A stretch of 24,157 bases of DNA. It comes from a virus (Duplodnaviria; Caudoviricetes). Shown here one piece after another: positions 15,212 through 24,157 of the stretch. Location: positions 1 through 24,157 of the IMG/VR virus record IMGVR_UViG_3300006919_000434. One strand, written 5' to 3'. Position 1 is the first letter of the stretch. Each line of letters begins with the position of its first letter. The translations under genes were made by a program, and so were the position numbers. The notes below the pieces were generated by a model. The model saw only the letters and a list, made by a program, of their open reading frames with translations, was not told where the DNA came from and did no database searches.

Positions 15212-16647
15212 TGCCTGTGACTCAACTGCCAATAGCGAACGGTTTTTATGTTAGTGACTCTCTGCCTATCTCCGCTCAAGAGTGCACTAACTGGTATCCG
15301 AATATTGTTCAAGGCGCTGGTCTTTCTCAAGAGACTTTATTCGGCACTGAAGGTATTGTTCAGCTCGAAACCTCTGGTGAGATTGCTAACGTAAACCGTG
15401 GCGCTCACGAAATGGCTGGAAAGCCTTACTTCGTAAACGGCACAAGACTTTACCGCTTAGACGAATCTGGCGACGATTACACGCTGACGTTTATTAATGA
15501 TATTGAAGGCACTGATCGTGTCTCAATGGCAGATAATGGAACGCAGTTAATGATCCTTGTGCCTGATGGCAAAGGTTATATATACAATCACGTCACTGAT
15601 ACGTTTAGTGAGATTACGGATTCTGACTTCACTGCAAACGGCAACCCACAGTTTGTAGTGTTCATAGATGGCTACTTCTTAGTTACCACTGATTCTAAGA
15701 AGTTCATAGTAAGCTCCATCAATGACGGCTTGAGCTATAACGCTCTAGACTTTGGTACAGCCGAGTCAGACCCTGATGACATTGTTGCTCCGGTAGTATT
15801 TAAAAACCAACTTTTCATCTCTGGCGGTCAAACCTTTGAGGCTTTCCAGAATATAGGCGGGGCTGATTTTCCATTTAGTAGAACTGGATTATTTTTACAG
15901 AAAGGATGTTACGCGCCTTACTCTCTAGTTAATGCTCAAGATACTTTTATGTGGGTAGGCGGTGGAGAAAATGAAGGACCGGCTATCTGGGCCCTAAATG
16001 GAAACAGCACTGTAAAGGTATCCACTACTGCGATTGACTCGTTGCTGTCTACGCTTACAGACGAGCAAGTAAGGTCCATTTATTCTTGGGCATACGCAAG
16101 CAAGGGGGCCTACTTTATCGGCTTCTCACTGCCCGCTACGACGCTTGTATATGACACCACGTCACAACGCTGGCACGAAAGAAAATCATTCCTTGAAGGA
16201 GCTCTTGGAGCTTTCAGAGTGTCTTCGGTAGTGAAGGCATATAACAAGATTTTGTGCGGCGATATTGTTGACGGCCGGATAGGTGAGCTGGACCCAGACA
16301 CTTACACAGAATACGGAAACACAATTGTGCGTAGGGTTGCCACACAACCTTTCCAAAATAATATGCAATCTGTTTTCTTTCCAAGCTTAGAGCTAACGGT
16401 AGAGTCTGGCGTTGGTAACGCAGACGTTCCCGATCCTCAAATAGTTTTAGAGCGAAGCAAAGACGGAAAGACTTGGAGCGGCCCTATCTCGCGCTCAATA
16501 GGAAAGATTGGTGAATACACTCGCAGAGCTATATGGCGCAGAAACGGACGCGCAGCTCGGTTTGAAATATTCCGCTTCACTTTAACGGATGCGGTTAAGC
16601 CTGTAATCATTCAACTAACGGCGAACATTATTGGTGGAGACAAGTGA
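15211..16647 (+). CDS. tail hub / packaged-DNA stabilisation protein, P22 gp10-like
   Basis: 478 aa beta-propeller-like. Motifs VSMADNG, FIDGYF, TAESDPD, TLVYD...WHER, SKDGKTW. Confidence 0.88.
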   Translation: MPVTQLPIANGFYVSDSLPISAQECTNWYPNIVQGAGLSQETLFGTEGIVQLETSGEIANVNRGAHEMAGKPYFVNGTRLYRLDESGDDYTLTFINDIEGTDRVSMADNGTQLMILVPDGKGYIYNHVTDTFSEITDSDFTANGNPQFVVFIDGYFLVTTDSKKFIVSSINDGLSYNALDFGTAESDPDDIVAPVVFKNQLFISGGQTFEAFQNIGGADFPFSRTGLFLQKGCYAPYSLVNAQDTFMWVGGGENEGPAIWALNGNSTVKVSTTAIDSLLSTLTDEQVRSIYSWAYASKGAYFIGFSLPATTLVYDTTSQRWHERKSFLEGALGAFRVSSVVKAYNKILCGDIVDGRIGELDPDTYTEYGNTIVRRVATQPFQNNMQSVFFPSLELTVESGVGNADVPDPQIVLERSKDGKTWSGPISRSIGKIGEYTRRAIWRRNGRAARFEIFRFTLTDAVKPVIIQLTANIIGGDK

Positions 16648-16898
16648 GCAATCCAAGACTAAACGCCGCCCAGCCTATCGTACAATCCGATGGGACTATG
16701 GCGCAGCCCTTCAGGCAGTTCACTCAGGACGCAAGCCTGAGCATCCCGATTGTCGGAACTGGCTCACCAGAAGGCGTAGTAGAGGCTCGGCAGTATAGTT
16801 TGTACATAGATTCAACCGGAACAGCAGGAAACATTGAATACCGCAAGATGCAGCCAGACATAGCAGGCGATAAGTCTAGGGGATGGTTAGCGGTATAA
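16644..16898 (+). CDS. small tail-associated protein
   Basis: GTGSPEGVVEA...SLYID...GW module seen in phage tail proteins. Occupies the slot after gp10. GTGA coupling. Confidence 0.65.
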   Translation: MSNPRLNAAQPIVQSDGTMAQPFRQFTQDASLSIPIVGTGSPEGVVEARQYSLYIDSTGTAGNIEYRKMQPDIAGDKSRGWLAV

Positions 16899-16911
16899 AT
16901 ATGTTAAAATT
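16898..16911 (+). promoter_or_regulatory. putative promoter for the ejection-protein genes
   Basis: AATATGTTAAAATT matches 11134-11147 (AATATGTTATAATT) at 13 of 14 positions, in an AT-rich intergenic gap. Confidence 0.5.
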
Positions 16912-16935
16912 GAACAAATTAAATAGGGTATCGTC

Positions 16936-17682
16936 ATGGATCCAGTAACTTTATCAACCTTAGCCAGCACGGCAGCAAGCCTTGGCGGTTCTTTCTTGCA
17001 AAATAGGGCTAACAAAAAAGCAGCCGAGCAAGCAGCAAAGCAAAGAGCTCAAGAGATTGGAATGATCCAAGACTACGGGCAGCGTAGCATGGATGCCCTC
17101 TTGCCAGCCTATCAGGCGGGTCAAAATATTCGCCAGCAAGGAATGCAGCAGCAGCTAGGATTAGCTGGGCAGACGTTCCAACCAATGGTTGAGGCAACCC
17201 AAGCCGGCGACTACATGGCTCAGCAAGCATTAATCTCAGGACTTCAGAGACAGAAACAAGCGCTTTTAGGTGGCAATATAGATTATTCAAATTTAGCCCC
17301 ACAGAATGTCCCTATGGATTATTCTGCTCTTTCAGGTTTAACCAATCCTCAAGCTCTTCAGTTTGCTCAATTTAAGCAGCCAGAATTTTCTAACGCTGGG
17401 CAAATGGATATGACAGCTGGCGAAGTGCAAAAGTACATAGATATGAACCCAGACATAGAAGAAGGGTATATGGCTAATAGATCTCGGCTTCTTGCTGGAG
17501 GCGATCCTCAGTTTAATACTTTAGAAGGATACGCTCGGTGGCACTTAGATAACTACGGCCGCCAAGAAATGGCAGAAGGTAAACGAGCTCCATTGACATC
17601 TGGCGTTGGTCAGCAGCCACAGAACGAGTTCACTACAGAACAAGTAGCCAGAATATTTAATATGGGTGGAATGCAGCCATGA
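16936..17682 (+). CDS. ejection / DNA-transfer protein 1
   Basis: Hydrophobic Ala/Gly N-terminus followed by NKKAAEQAAKQ and LLPAYQAG. Gln-rich. Syntenic with P22 gp7. Confidence 0.7.
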   Translation: MDPVTLSTLASTAASLGGSFLQNRANKKAAEQAAKQRAQEIGMIQDYGQRSMDALLPAYQAGQNIRQQGMQQQLGLAGQTFQPMVEATQAGDYMAQQALISGLQRQKQALLGGNIDYSNLAPQNVPMDYSALSGLTNPQALQFAQFKQPEFSNAGQMDMTAGEVQKYIDMNPDIEEGYMANRSRLLAGGDPQFNTLEGYARWHLDNYGRQEMAEGKRAPLTSGVGQQPQNEFTTEQVARIFNMGGMQP

Positions 17683-19394
17683 GCATCAGTAAATTACAAG
17701 GGCTTTCAGCTCAGCCTCCTTATGACTACGAAACAGTAGAGAAGGTTAAAGGTCTTCTCAATTCTGGCGATGTTGACGTAAATGATGTCTCAAACTATTT
17801 TAATGTTGAGAAAACTTTCGTTCTTGAAAGTCTTACAGGTATTCCTCGTAACGCATTTACAAGCGGGACCTTGGACGCTCCGCAAGTCGCTGCGGTCCAG
17901 AAACTTATAGAAAAAGGTGTAGCAAGCACCAAGGATGTTTCTCAATACTTCAGTGCTCCTGAAGAAGTGGTCGAGCGCAACCTTACAGAGCAGTTAGGTT
18001 ACAGTCCTAGCCAAATTGCTGAAGCTAGAGCTGGAACCCCCATCACCCCTAAGTCTGTAACTGAAGAACCAAAAACAGTAGAGGATTTAAGCACAGGACT
18101 TCTCGGAGCCGAACAAGCTCTCAAGGGTGGCGCTCAGGCGGCCATAGATCGTTTAGATCAGCTAAATGCTGCCGGTAGGCAAGATCTACAGAGTCAATAC
18201 GCTTTGGGTCTTGAGCAGGCTCAACAACAAGCTGAGAGGGCCAGAGGAGACATTACCTCTAGCACTACGCAAGGACTTGAGGCTTTAGGCGCTGGTATAG
18301 GCCAAGCTAGAACAGATATCACCGACGCATTTGGTCGCGCCGAAGGGATGTTTGATCCTTACCGTGAAGCTGGCACTACTGCGCTACAGCAGCAGCTTGC
18401 GCTTTCAGGAGCTCTAGGTCAGGACGCATTTAATCAGGCTTATCAAGAATCTCCACAGATGGCATTCCTGCGCGAACAGGGCATGAGAGCCAACTTAGCA
18501 GGCGCAGCAGCTACAGGCGGTCTCGGAGGCGGTAACGTCCAAAAGGAGTTACAGCGCTTCGGGCAGGGACTAGCTTCACAAGGGCTACAGCAGCAGATAG
18601 CGAACTTAGGCGCTCTATCAGGCCAAGGACTTGGCGCAAGTGGCAGTGCAGCGACAATCGCAACACAAGGCGGGTCCAACTTAGCTAATCTTGCTTCGGC
18701 AGAGGCTCAGGCTAGACTGCAAGCGCGAACTCAAGAGGGCGCAAACTTAGCTAACATTGCATCAGCTCTTGGTGGCCAGCAGCTTCAAACTCAGACGAAT
18801 TTGGGCAACCAGCTTTCTGCTTACGGGTTATCTACAGGATTACCGGCAGCTCAAGCGCTAAATAATTTGGGAGTAAATCTTGCCGCAGGAAGAATGGAAA
18901 CTGGGCGAGATCTTGCTAACAGAGAGTCAAGTCTTGCCACTAACCTCGCTAACATTTACGGCTCTCAAGGCGTTAACTTAGCAAATCTTTTTGGTGGTCA
19001 GAGAGATTTTCTTTCTGGAATATATGGCGATGCTGCCCTTAATGAAGCGCGAGCACAGCAAGGTTACGGAGCCAATATTGCTGACATACAAGGCAATATA
19101 GGATCAGGCATATCAGGCGTTCCTAACGCGCCTATATTCACTCCTGACTATCAAAACCAAGCAATGAACGCGTTATACGCTGCTGGTGCTGGCTATAATT
19201 TTGGTAGAACTAACTTTCCACAAGGTGGTCAACAAAATACTGGGACATATAGAGGAGATCTTTCCGGAGGATGGGGAGGATTTGCTGGTAACCAAGGAAA
19301 CTTCTACCCCAATATCGGAGCCAATTATCAGCCTACAGCAATGAATTACGATCCGCAACTTTACGCTAACCAAAATCTGCAAGGAATATCTTAG
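17679..19394 (+). CDS. ejection / DNA-transfer protein 2 (gp7-like core)
   Basis: FDPYREAGTTALQQ and AAATGGLGGGN motifs, recurring NLAN[LI], A/G/Q-rich composition. Confidence 0.75.
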   Translation: MSISKLQGLSAQPPYDYETVEKVKGLLNSGDVDVNDVSNYFNVEKTFVLESLTGIPRNAFTSGTLDAPQVAAVQKLIEKGVASTKDVSQYFSAPEEVVERNLTEQLGYSPSQIAEARAGTPITPKSVTEEPKTVEDLSTGLLGAEQALKGGAQAAIDRLDQLNAAGRQDLQSQYALGLEQAQQQAERARGDITSSTTQGLEALGAGIGQARTDITDAFGRAEGMFDPYREAGTTALQQQLALSGALGQDAFNQAYQESPQMAFLREQGMRANLAGAAATGGLGGGNVQKELQRFGQGLASQGLQQQIANLGALSGQGLGASGSAATIATQGGSNLANLASAEAQARLQARTQEGANLANIASALGGQQLQTQTNLGNQLSAYGLSTGLPAAQALNNLGVNLAAGRMETGRDLANRESSLATNLANIYGSQGVNLANLFGGQRDFLSGIYGDAALNEARAQQGYGANIADIQGNIGSGISGVPNAPIFTPDYQNQAMNALYAAGAGYNFGRTNFPQGGQQNTGTYRGDLSGGWGGFAGNQGNFYPNIGANYQPTAMNYDPQLYANQNLQGIS

Positions 19395-19396
19395 TC

Positions 19397-20623
19397 ATGG
19401 TGGATATAGCAAGAGCACTGACAGGTCTTGGCGCAGCGATAGGCGGCCAAATTCCGCAATATAATGAGCAGATAGCTCGGGAAGATGAGCTTGCTCGCAC
19501 GAGAGCGATAGAAGAACAAGATCGCGCTCGTAGGCAGTCTATGGAAAATGAGGAGCTGGCAGAAAAGCGAAGGAGAACCATGTTCTTGGACGCTCAGGCC
19601 GGCAATGCTTTTTTAGAGGCTGGTGATTACGGTGCCTTTACTGATCTCTATAGCGACAGATTAAATATACTTAAGAATATACCTAATGTAGATACTCGAC
19701 ATACTCAACGAGCGCTAGGTCTTGCACAACGAGCCATGCAGGGTGACACAAACGCTAGAGATCTTTTGAATAGAGAAATAAAAAATACTATTACAGCAGG
19801 AACTGCTTACGGAATTCTTCAGGCTCCAGAAAAAGAAAAAGGCGTTGTTGTTGATGGTCAAATAGTAAGCCCAACAAGCGGCGAAGTAATATATTCAGGA
19901 CGAGAAGGTCCACAATATAGACCAGCAACTGAGCAAGAGCTGGCAGACTACAGGCTTGGTCCAGATACCCCTGCCCGCGTGTCTCTTAAGGATGGAAAGG
20001 TTGAGGTCATTGGTGGTGGTGATACTAACGTCACTATTGAAGGCGATAAGAGCAGTGTTGGATGGGATAAGATTGACGAAGCTTACGCTAAAGATTGGAT
20101 TAGCTGGAATAGCGTAGGCAGATCACAAACAATGACTAACCTAGCAGCTGTTGGTAATGTTCTTGCTCAACTAGAAAATGGAGAGCAGCTTAGCGGTGAG
20201 CTGATTAATGTCGCTCCAAATATTGTTCAAGCTATCTTAGCGCCAAATTCTGTTGCAGCTAGAGAGACAATCGAAGGCGTCGTTCAGCAAAACCTAAGAG
20301 ATGTCTTGGGCGGCCAGTTCGCACAGCAAGAAGCACAGCAGTTACTATCTCGTGCTTGGAACCCATTGCTTGAGCCTGAAGAAAACGCAAGACGTATGAG
20401 AAGGCTTTACAAACAGATGGAAGTAGCGGCAAGTCAGCGTGACGCTATGAACGCATACTTTAACGAAAACGGAACTCTGCGCGGATACACTGGAAGCCAG
20501 CCTACACTGCAAGATTTCTATTCAGCTTTGAGTGCAAATAAAGTCGGTGACGTTGTTGGTGGGTATAGATACTTAGGTGGCAACGACAAAGACCCCGCAA
20601 GCTGGGAGAAGATAAATGAGTGA
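19397..20623 (+). CDS. ejection / DNA-transfer protein 3 (gp20 position)
   Basis: 408-aa helical protein. C-terminal GYRYLGGNDKDPASWEK module. Synteny. Confidence 0.65.
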   Translation: MVDIARALTGLGAAIGGQIPQYNEQIAREDELARTRAIEEQDRARRQSMENEELAEKRRRTMFLDAQAGNAFLEAGDYGAFTDLYSDRLNILKNIPNVDTRHTQRALGLAQRAMQGDTNARDLLNREIKNTITAGTAYGILQAPEKEKGVVVDGQIVSPTSGEVIYSGREGPQYRPATEQELADYRLGPDTPARVSLKDGKVEVIGGGDTNVTIEGDKSSVGWDKIDEAYAKDWISWNSVGRSQTMTNLAAVGNVLAQLENGEQLSGELINVAPNIVQAILAPNSVAARETIEGVVQQNLRDVLGGQFAQQEAQQLLSRAWNPLLEPEENARRMRRLYKQMEVAASQRDAMNAYFNENGTLRGYTGSQPTLQDFYSALSANKVGDVVGGYRYLGGNDKDPASWEKINE

Positions 20624-22550
20624 CGGAAAAGAAACTCAAGGACTAAAGCCTTGGGAAATAGCTGCTCTAGACGATCCTCAGCCGCAATCATCTGGACTTG
20701 ATGATTATGAGTCTCCTCAAAAGTTAAGAGAGTTTTTGCAGGGTATTACATACAACACGGCTGATGAAGCTGAGGCTGCAATTGTTTCTCAATTAACTGA
20801 TCGCCCTTACCCTGAAGTTATTTCTGAAATCAGGACGAAGCTCGGCAATTATGAGATGACTAACAAGGGCGAAGCTGCTCTTATGCAATTGCTTGGCGGC
20901 ATAGTTCCTACTGCGGCCGCAATGGTGTTTACCAGAGGAAGAGGCAAGGCTCCTGCTGGCACTCTTACAGCAGAAAACGCTGCGGCAGTAGGTAATCAGT
21001 TTTTCCCTAACTTAATGAAAGCTATCGGATACGGTACTGGAGAAACAGTAGTAGCAGGCATTGGCGCAGCTGAAGGAAATCTTATTGATCGATTGGACCC
21101 TATGAGAATGACGGGTGAAGGATTGGTAGGTGGAGGCGTCTCTGGAGGCTTATATGCTGGAGGAAACGCAACTCTAAAAGTCGGAAGCTTTGCCGTTGAT
21201 GTTATTCGCACATTGGCTCGACGAGTGGATCAAGACAAGATAAATCTAGAGCTACGCAGAATCATGGAGCAGTCAGGAGTATCTGCGGAAAGAGCAGCCG
21301 AAATGCTTGCGAACGGAGAGGCTTTGGCTAATGACCCAGCGATTGCTGAGGAGCTTGCAGGACTTGCAGTTAAGAGCCCACAGGCAGCAACCAGAATAAG
21401 ACAAACAGCTCCTCGAATTGAAGAAGCTCAGGAAGAGGCATTTGAAACCGTTGCAGGTGGATTAGGCGGCGGCATGAAAAAGAACACTTTGGATATTGCT
21501 AGATCAAGTGATGCAGATCTTAATAAATCTGTGAACGAAGCTTATGCGCCAGCAAAAAAGGCTGATGTAGAGGCAAGCCCTAACTTAATCGATTCAATGA
21601 GACTTGCGTTTCAAAAAGCTCCACAAGGCGCTAGAAAATTTCAAGATGCTTTTAGGTCTTTGACTGGCACTGCGTTTTTTAGGGTTACTGATGACGGCGT
21701 TGTAGAGTTTGCAAAAACTCCTACCGTTATGGATGCAGAATACTTGCGTCGAATACTTGACGAAGAGGGAAGTAAGCTTATTGAAAGCGGAGGCGCTGAT
21801 GCCAATATAGGGCGAAATCTTAAAGAGGCTGCCGAAGAGATAAGAGCTTATGTTGATGATGAGCTTCCGTTAGCCGCTGAAGCAAGATCAATTGCCGCTA
21901 ATCGATTTTCAATCAATGACGCCTACAAGGCCGGAAAAAAAGTTAAAACAGCAGAGGAAGCACAGCAAGAGTTTCAAGATTTATTGGCAGAAGGTAATAC
22001 CGACGCAATAGATGCTTATAGGCTCGGATACTTGGTACAGCTGAAGTCAAGAATGACTGGCAACAAAACAACCGTGGTTAATAATTTGCTGGACCCAACA
22101 AAGAAAGAAGGGATCTTGTTCAATACAATAGTACCTCCTCACGCTCAGGAAGACGCGCTTAAGAAGCTTGGCATTGCTCAAAGAACGCAGCGCTCTATGG
22201 CGACTATGGCCGGCGGATCTCCAACTGCAAGACGAACAGGAGCGGCTAACAGGGTAGGCTCTACTCAAGGAATTGCTAGAGTTATAACTGATTTGGGCGC
22301 AGCAAAAGGCGGAAACCCAAATGCCTTGGCAAACACCTTAGATGGTATAATACGCACCTTCCAGCCAAACATAACAGACAGTCAGGCCGGCAGGGTAGCA
22401 GAGATATTGTTGTCTAGAGACCCAGATATAGTATCTAAAGCCTTGCGTGACAAAACGGTTCTTAGAAGCGTTCAAGATGTTATTGAATCTGTATCAAGGG
22501 CCCCATTGCGAGCGGTTTCGCAATCAGCAGGCAGAACAGCAGCGATTTAA
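20616..22550 (+). CDS. ejection / DNA-transfer protein 4 (gp16 position)
   Basis: 644-aa helical protein with QGITYNTADE and GGSPTARR motifs. Last gene before the tail fibre. Confidence 0.65.
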   Translation: MSDGKETQGLKPWEIAALDDPQPQSSGLDDYESPQKLREFLQGITYNTADEAEAAIVSQLTDRPYPEVISEIRTKLGNYEMTNKGEAALMQLLGGIVPTAAAMVFTRGRGKAPAGTLTAENAAAVGNQFFPNLMKAIGYGTGETVVAGIGAAEGNLIDRLDPMRMTGEGLVGGGVSGGLYAGGNATLKVGSFAVDVIRTLARRVDQDKINLELRRIMEQSGVSAERAAEMLANGEALANDPAIAEELAGLAVKSPQAATRIRQTAPRIEEAQEEAFETVAGGLGGGMKKNTLDIARSSDADLNKSVNEAYAPAKKADVEASPNLIDSMRLAFQKAPQGARKFQDAFRSLTGTAFFRVTDDGVVEFAKTPTVMDAEYLRRILDEEGSKLIESGGADANIGRNLKEAAEEIRAYVDDELPLAAEARSIAANRFSINDAYKAGKKVKTAEEAQQEFQDLLAEGNTDAIDAYRLGYLVQLKSRMTGNKTTVVNNLLDPTKKEGILFNTIVPPHAQEDALKKLGIAQRTQRSMATMAGGSPTARRTGAANRVGSTQGIARVITDLGAAKGGNPNALANTLDGIIRTFQPNITDSQAGRVAEILLSRDPDIVSKALRDKTVLRSVQDVIESVSRAPLRAVSQSAGRTAAI

Positions 22551-22565
22551 TTATAGGAAACTACA

Positions 22566-24157
22566 ATGGCACGATTCGGCGATTTTGATCAATACTTAGA
22601 TGACGCTGGCGATCCTTTAGTACAAGGAAAGCTATACTTTTACGAGTCTGGCACAACAACACCAAAGACTACCTATGCCGACATCAACAACTCAATCCCG
22701 AACACTAACCCTGTTCTGTTGTCTGCTGCTGGCCGTCAACCAAACATTTTCTTCGACGGCGTTGCTAAGGTTATCCTGACTGATAACAATGACGTGCAGA
22801 TTGCAGTGCGTGACCCAGCAGGTGAGACTGGCACAGACTTTGGTGACGCATGGGTAGCCACTAAGATATACAGCGCTCTAGACGTAGTTCTGGGCTCAGA
22901 TGGCATTTATTACCGTTCACTTGTTAATGGTAACCAGAACAATAACCCAGTCACCTCTACTGGATATTGGACCCTTTTATACTCAATCGAGTGGAATGCT
23001 GGGATAAGCTATAAAGAAGGATCTGTTGTCACTTATGATGGCGAGCAGTACCAAAGCCTGACCAATAGCAACTTGAATAACAATCCATCTACGAGTCCGT
23101 CTAACTGGACCTTGCTAAGCTTTGCGTGGATCTCTACTGCGACCTACGCAGACAACCAGAACGCAGTGGGTTCCGACGGCATCCTGTACACTTCTCAACA
23201 GGCAGCGAACACAGGAAACGATCCTACAAATGCTGCTAATCGCCCTACTTACTGGGTGGGAACATCTGCGGATGCAGCAGCCAGTGCAGCAGCAGCAGCG
23301 GCAAGCGAAACGGCAGCAGCGGCTAGTGAGGCAGCGGCGGCAGCATCGGAAACCGCAGCGGCAGCGAGTGAGACGGCAGCAGCAGCATCCGAGACAGCAG
23401 CAGCTTCTAGTGCTAGTGCAGCCTCTACAAGCGCCACAAATGCAGCTTCTAGCGCCTCAGCAGCTTCTACTTCTGAGACTAACGCAGCGGCAAGCGAAAC
23501 AGCGGCAGCAGCGAGTGCCAGTGCAGCCTCTACATCTGAAACGAATGCGGCAGCTAGTGCAAGTGCGGCTTCTACTTCTGAAACCAACGCAGCAGCTTCA
23601 GAAACAGCAGCAGCGGCTTCAGAAACGGCAGCAGCGGCCTCAGAGAGTGCAGCGGCTACTAGTGAGACTAATGCGGCTTCTAGCGCGTCAGCGGCTTCTA
23701 CAAGCGCCACAAACGCATCTACCTCAGAGACTAACGCAGCAAGTTCGGCTACAGCCGCAGCTAGTTCAGCTACAGCAGCAGCAGGGTCAGCTACAGCAGC
23801 GGCAGGATCGGCTACCGATGCAGCAGATAAATACGATGAGTTTGATGACCGTTACTTAGGTGAGAAGGCATCTGATCCTACATTAGACAATGACGGAAAC
23901 GCTTTAATCACTGGTGCGTTGTACTTCAACACCTCAACTACTGCGATGAAGGTTTACACAGGATCGGTCTGGCAGGACGTTGCACCTGTTGCGACATCAG
24001 TCACATTATCACAGGTAACAGACTTCCCGAGTCAGTCAGGTCAGTCAGGCAAGTATCTGTCTACCAACGGCACTACACCTTCGTGGGAGACTCTGACTAC
24101 AGACCCTACACTTGGCACACTAACCAAGACCTTCACTACTGGCGAGTCATCTACCAT
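22566..24157 (+). CDS. tail fibre/spike, 3'-truncated (not in the ORF track)
   Basis: ATG 22566 follows AGGA. MARFGDFDQYLDDAGDPLVQGKLYFYESGTTTPKTTYAD...NTNPVLL is a head-binding-type N-domain. It is followed by three CBM-like repeats, Ala/Ser heptads and FDDRYLG...DNDGNAL..GALYFNT. The frame is open to the window end. Confidence 0.88.
   Translation, partial: MARFGDFDQYLDDAGDPLVQGKLYFYESGTTTPKTTYADINNSIPNTNPVLLSAAGRQPNIFFDGVAKVILTDNNDVQIAVRDPAGETGTDFGDAWVATKIYSALDVVLGSDGIYYRSLVNGNQNNNPVTSTGYWTLLYSIEWNAGISYKEGSVVTYDGEQYQSLTNSNLNNNPSTSPSNWTLLSFAWISTATYADNQNAVGSDGILYTSQQAANTGNDPTNAANRPTYWVGTSADAAASAAAAAASETAAAASEAAAAASETAAAASETAAAASETAAASSASAASTSATNAASSASAASTSETNAAASETAAAASASAASTSETNAAASASAASTSETNAAASETAAAASETAAAASESAAATSETNAASSASAASTSATNASTSETNAASSATAAASSATAAAGSATAAAGSATDAADKYDEFDDRYLGEKASDPTLDNDGNALITGALYFNTSTTAMKVYTGSVWQDVAPVATSVTLSQVTDFPSQSGQSGKYLSTNGTTPSWETLTTDPTLGTLTKTFTTGESST
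23268..23813 (+). repeat. coding tandem repeat, 26 x 21 nt (heptads TAAAASE / SAASTSE / TNAASSA)
   Basis: Read directly from the sequence; Ser is invariant at heptad position 6. Confidence 0.9.

Noticed and set aside
314-22268. The many 60-110 aa minus-strand ORFs in the track
   Set aside because: All lie antisense to well-supported + strand genes and show no recognisable motifs.
23268-23813. Periodic repeats as a CRISPR array
   Set aside because: There are no unique spacers; the units are degenerate in-frame coding 21-mers.
23122-23859. 245-aa Gln-rich + strand ORF and 153-aa minus-strand ORF (23249-23710)
   Set aside because: Both are shadow frames of the GCA-rich heptad repeat. The real gene is the 22566 frame.
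1-24157. Integrase, lysis genes, tRNA, DGR or retron elements, alternative genetic code
   Set aside because: None were recognised. Genes are full length in the standard code and use all three stop codons. Lifestyle and host cannot be determined from this window.

Overview
This window is a 24 kb segment of a tailed dsDNA phage (or prophage) with a P22-like podovirus morphogenesis module. Almost all genes are on the + strand. Left end (1-3430): small early-type ORFs behind a repeated hairpin+RBS cassette, an SF2 DEAH helicase with a Zn ribbon, a stand-alone CHC2 zinc-finger protein, a SutA-like small protein and a PD-(D/E)XK-like nuclease. Middle: TerS, TerL, a P22-type portal, a ~1100-aa multidomain 'polyvalent' protein inserted between portal and scaffold, scaffold, P22-type coat, three tiny basic proteins, and gp4-like and gp10-like tail proteins. 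Right end: four ejection (DNA-transfer) proteins and a tail fibre running off the edge. Main observations: (1) the scaffold and the three tiny basic proteins all end in the same hexapeptide, K-x-A-x-[FY]-E-stop, a candidate capsid-targeting tag; (2) the polyvalent protein carries a T3-0.3-like SAM lyase domain and an ART-like domain; (3) it is faced tail-to-tail by an unannotated 57-aa acidic antisense ORF with its own sigma70-like promoter. Four genes missing from the ORF track were read by hand (10904-11077 minus, 13609-13767, 13777-13893, 22566->24157). Family assignments come from recalled motifs and synteny; no database searches were run.
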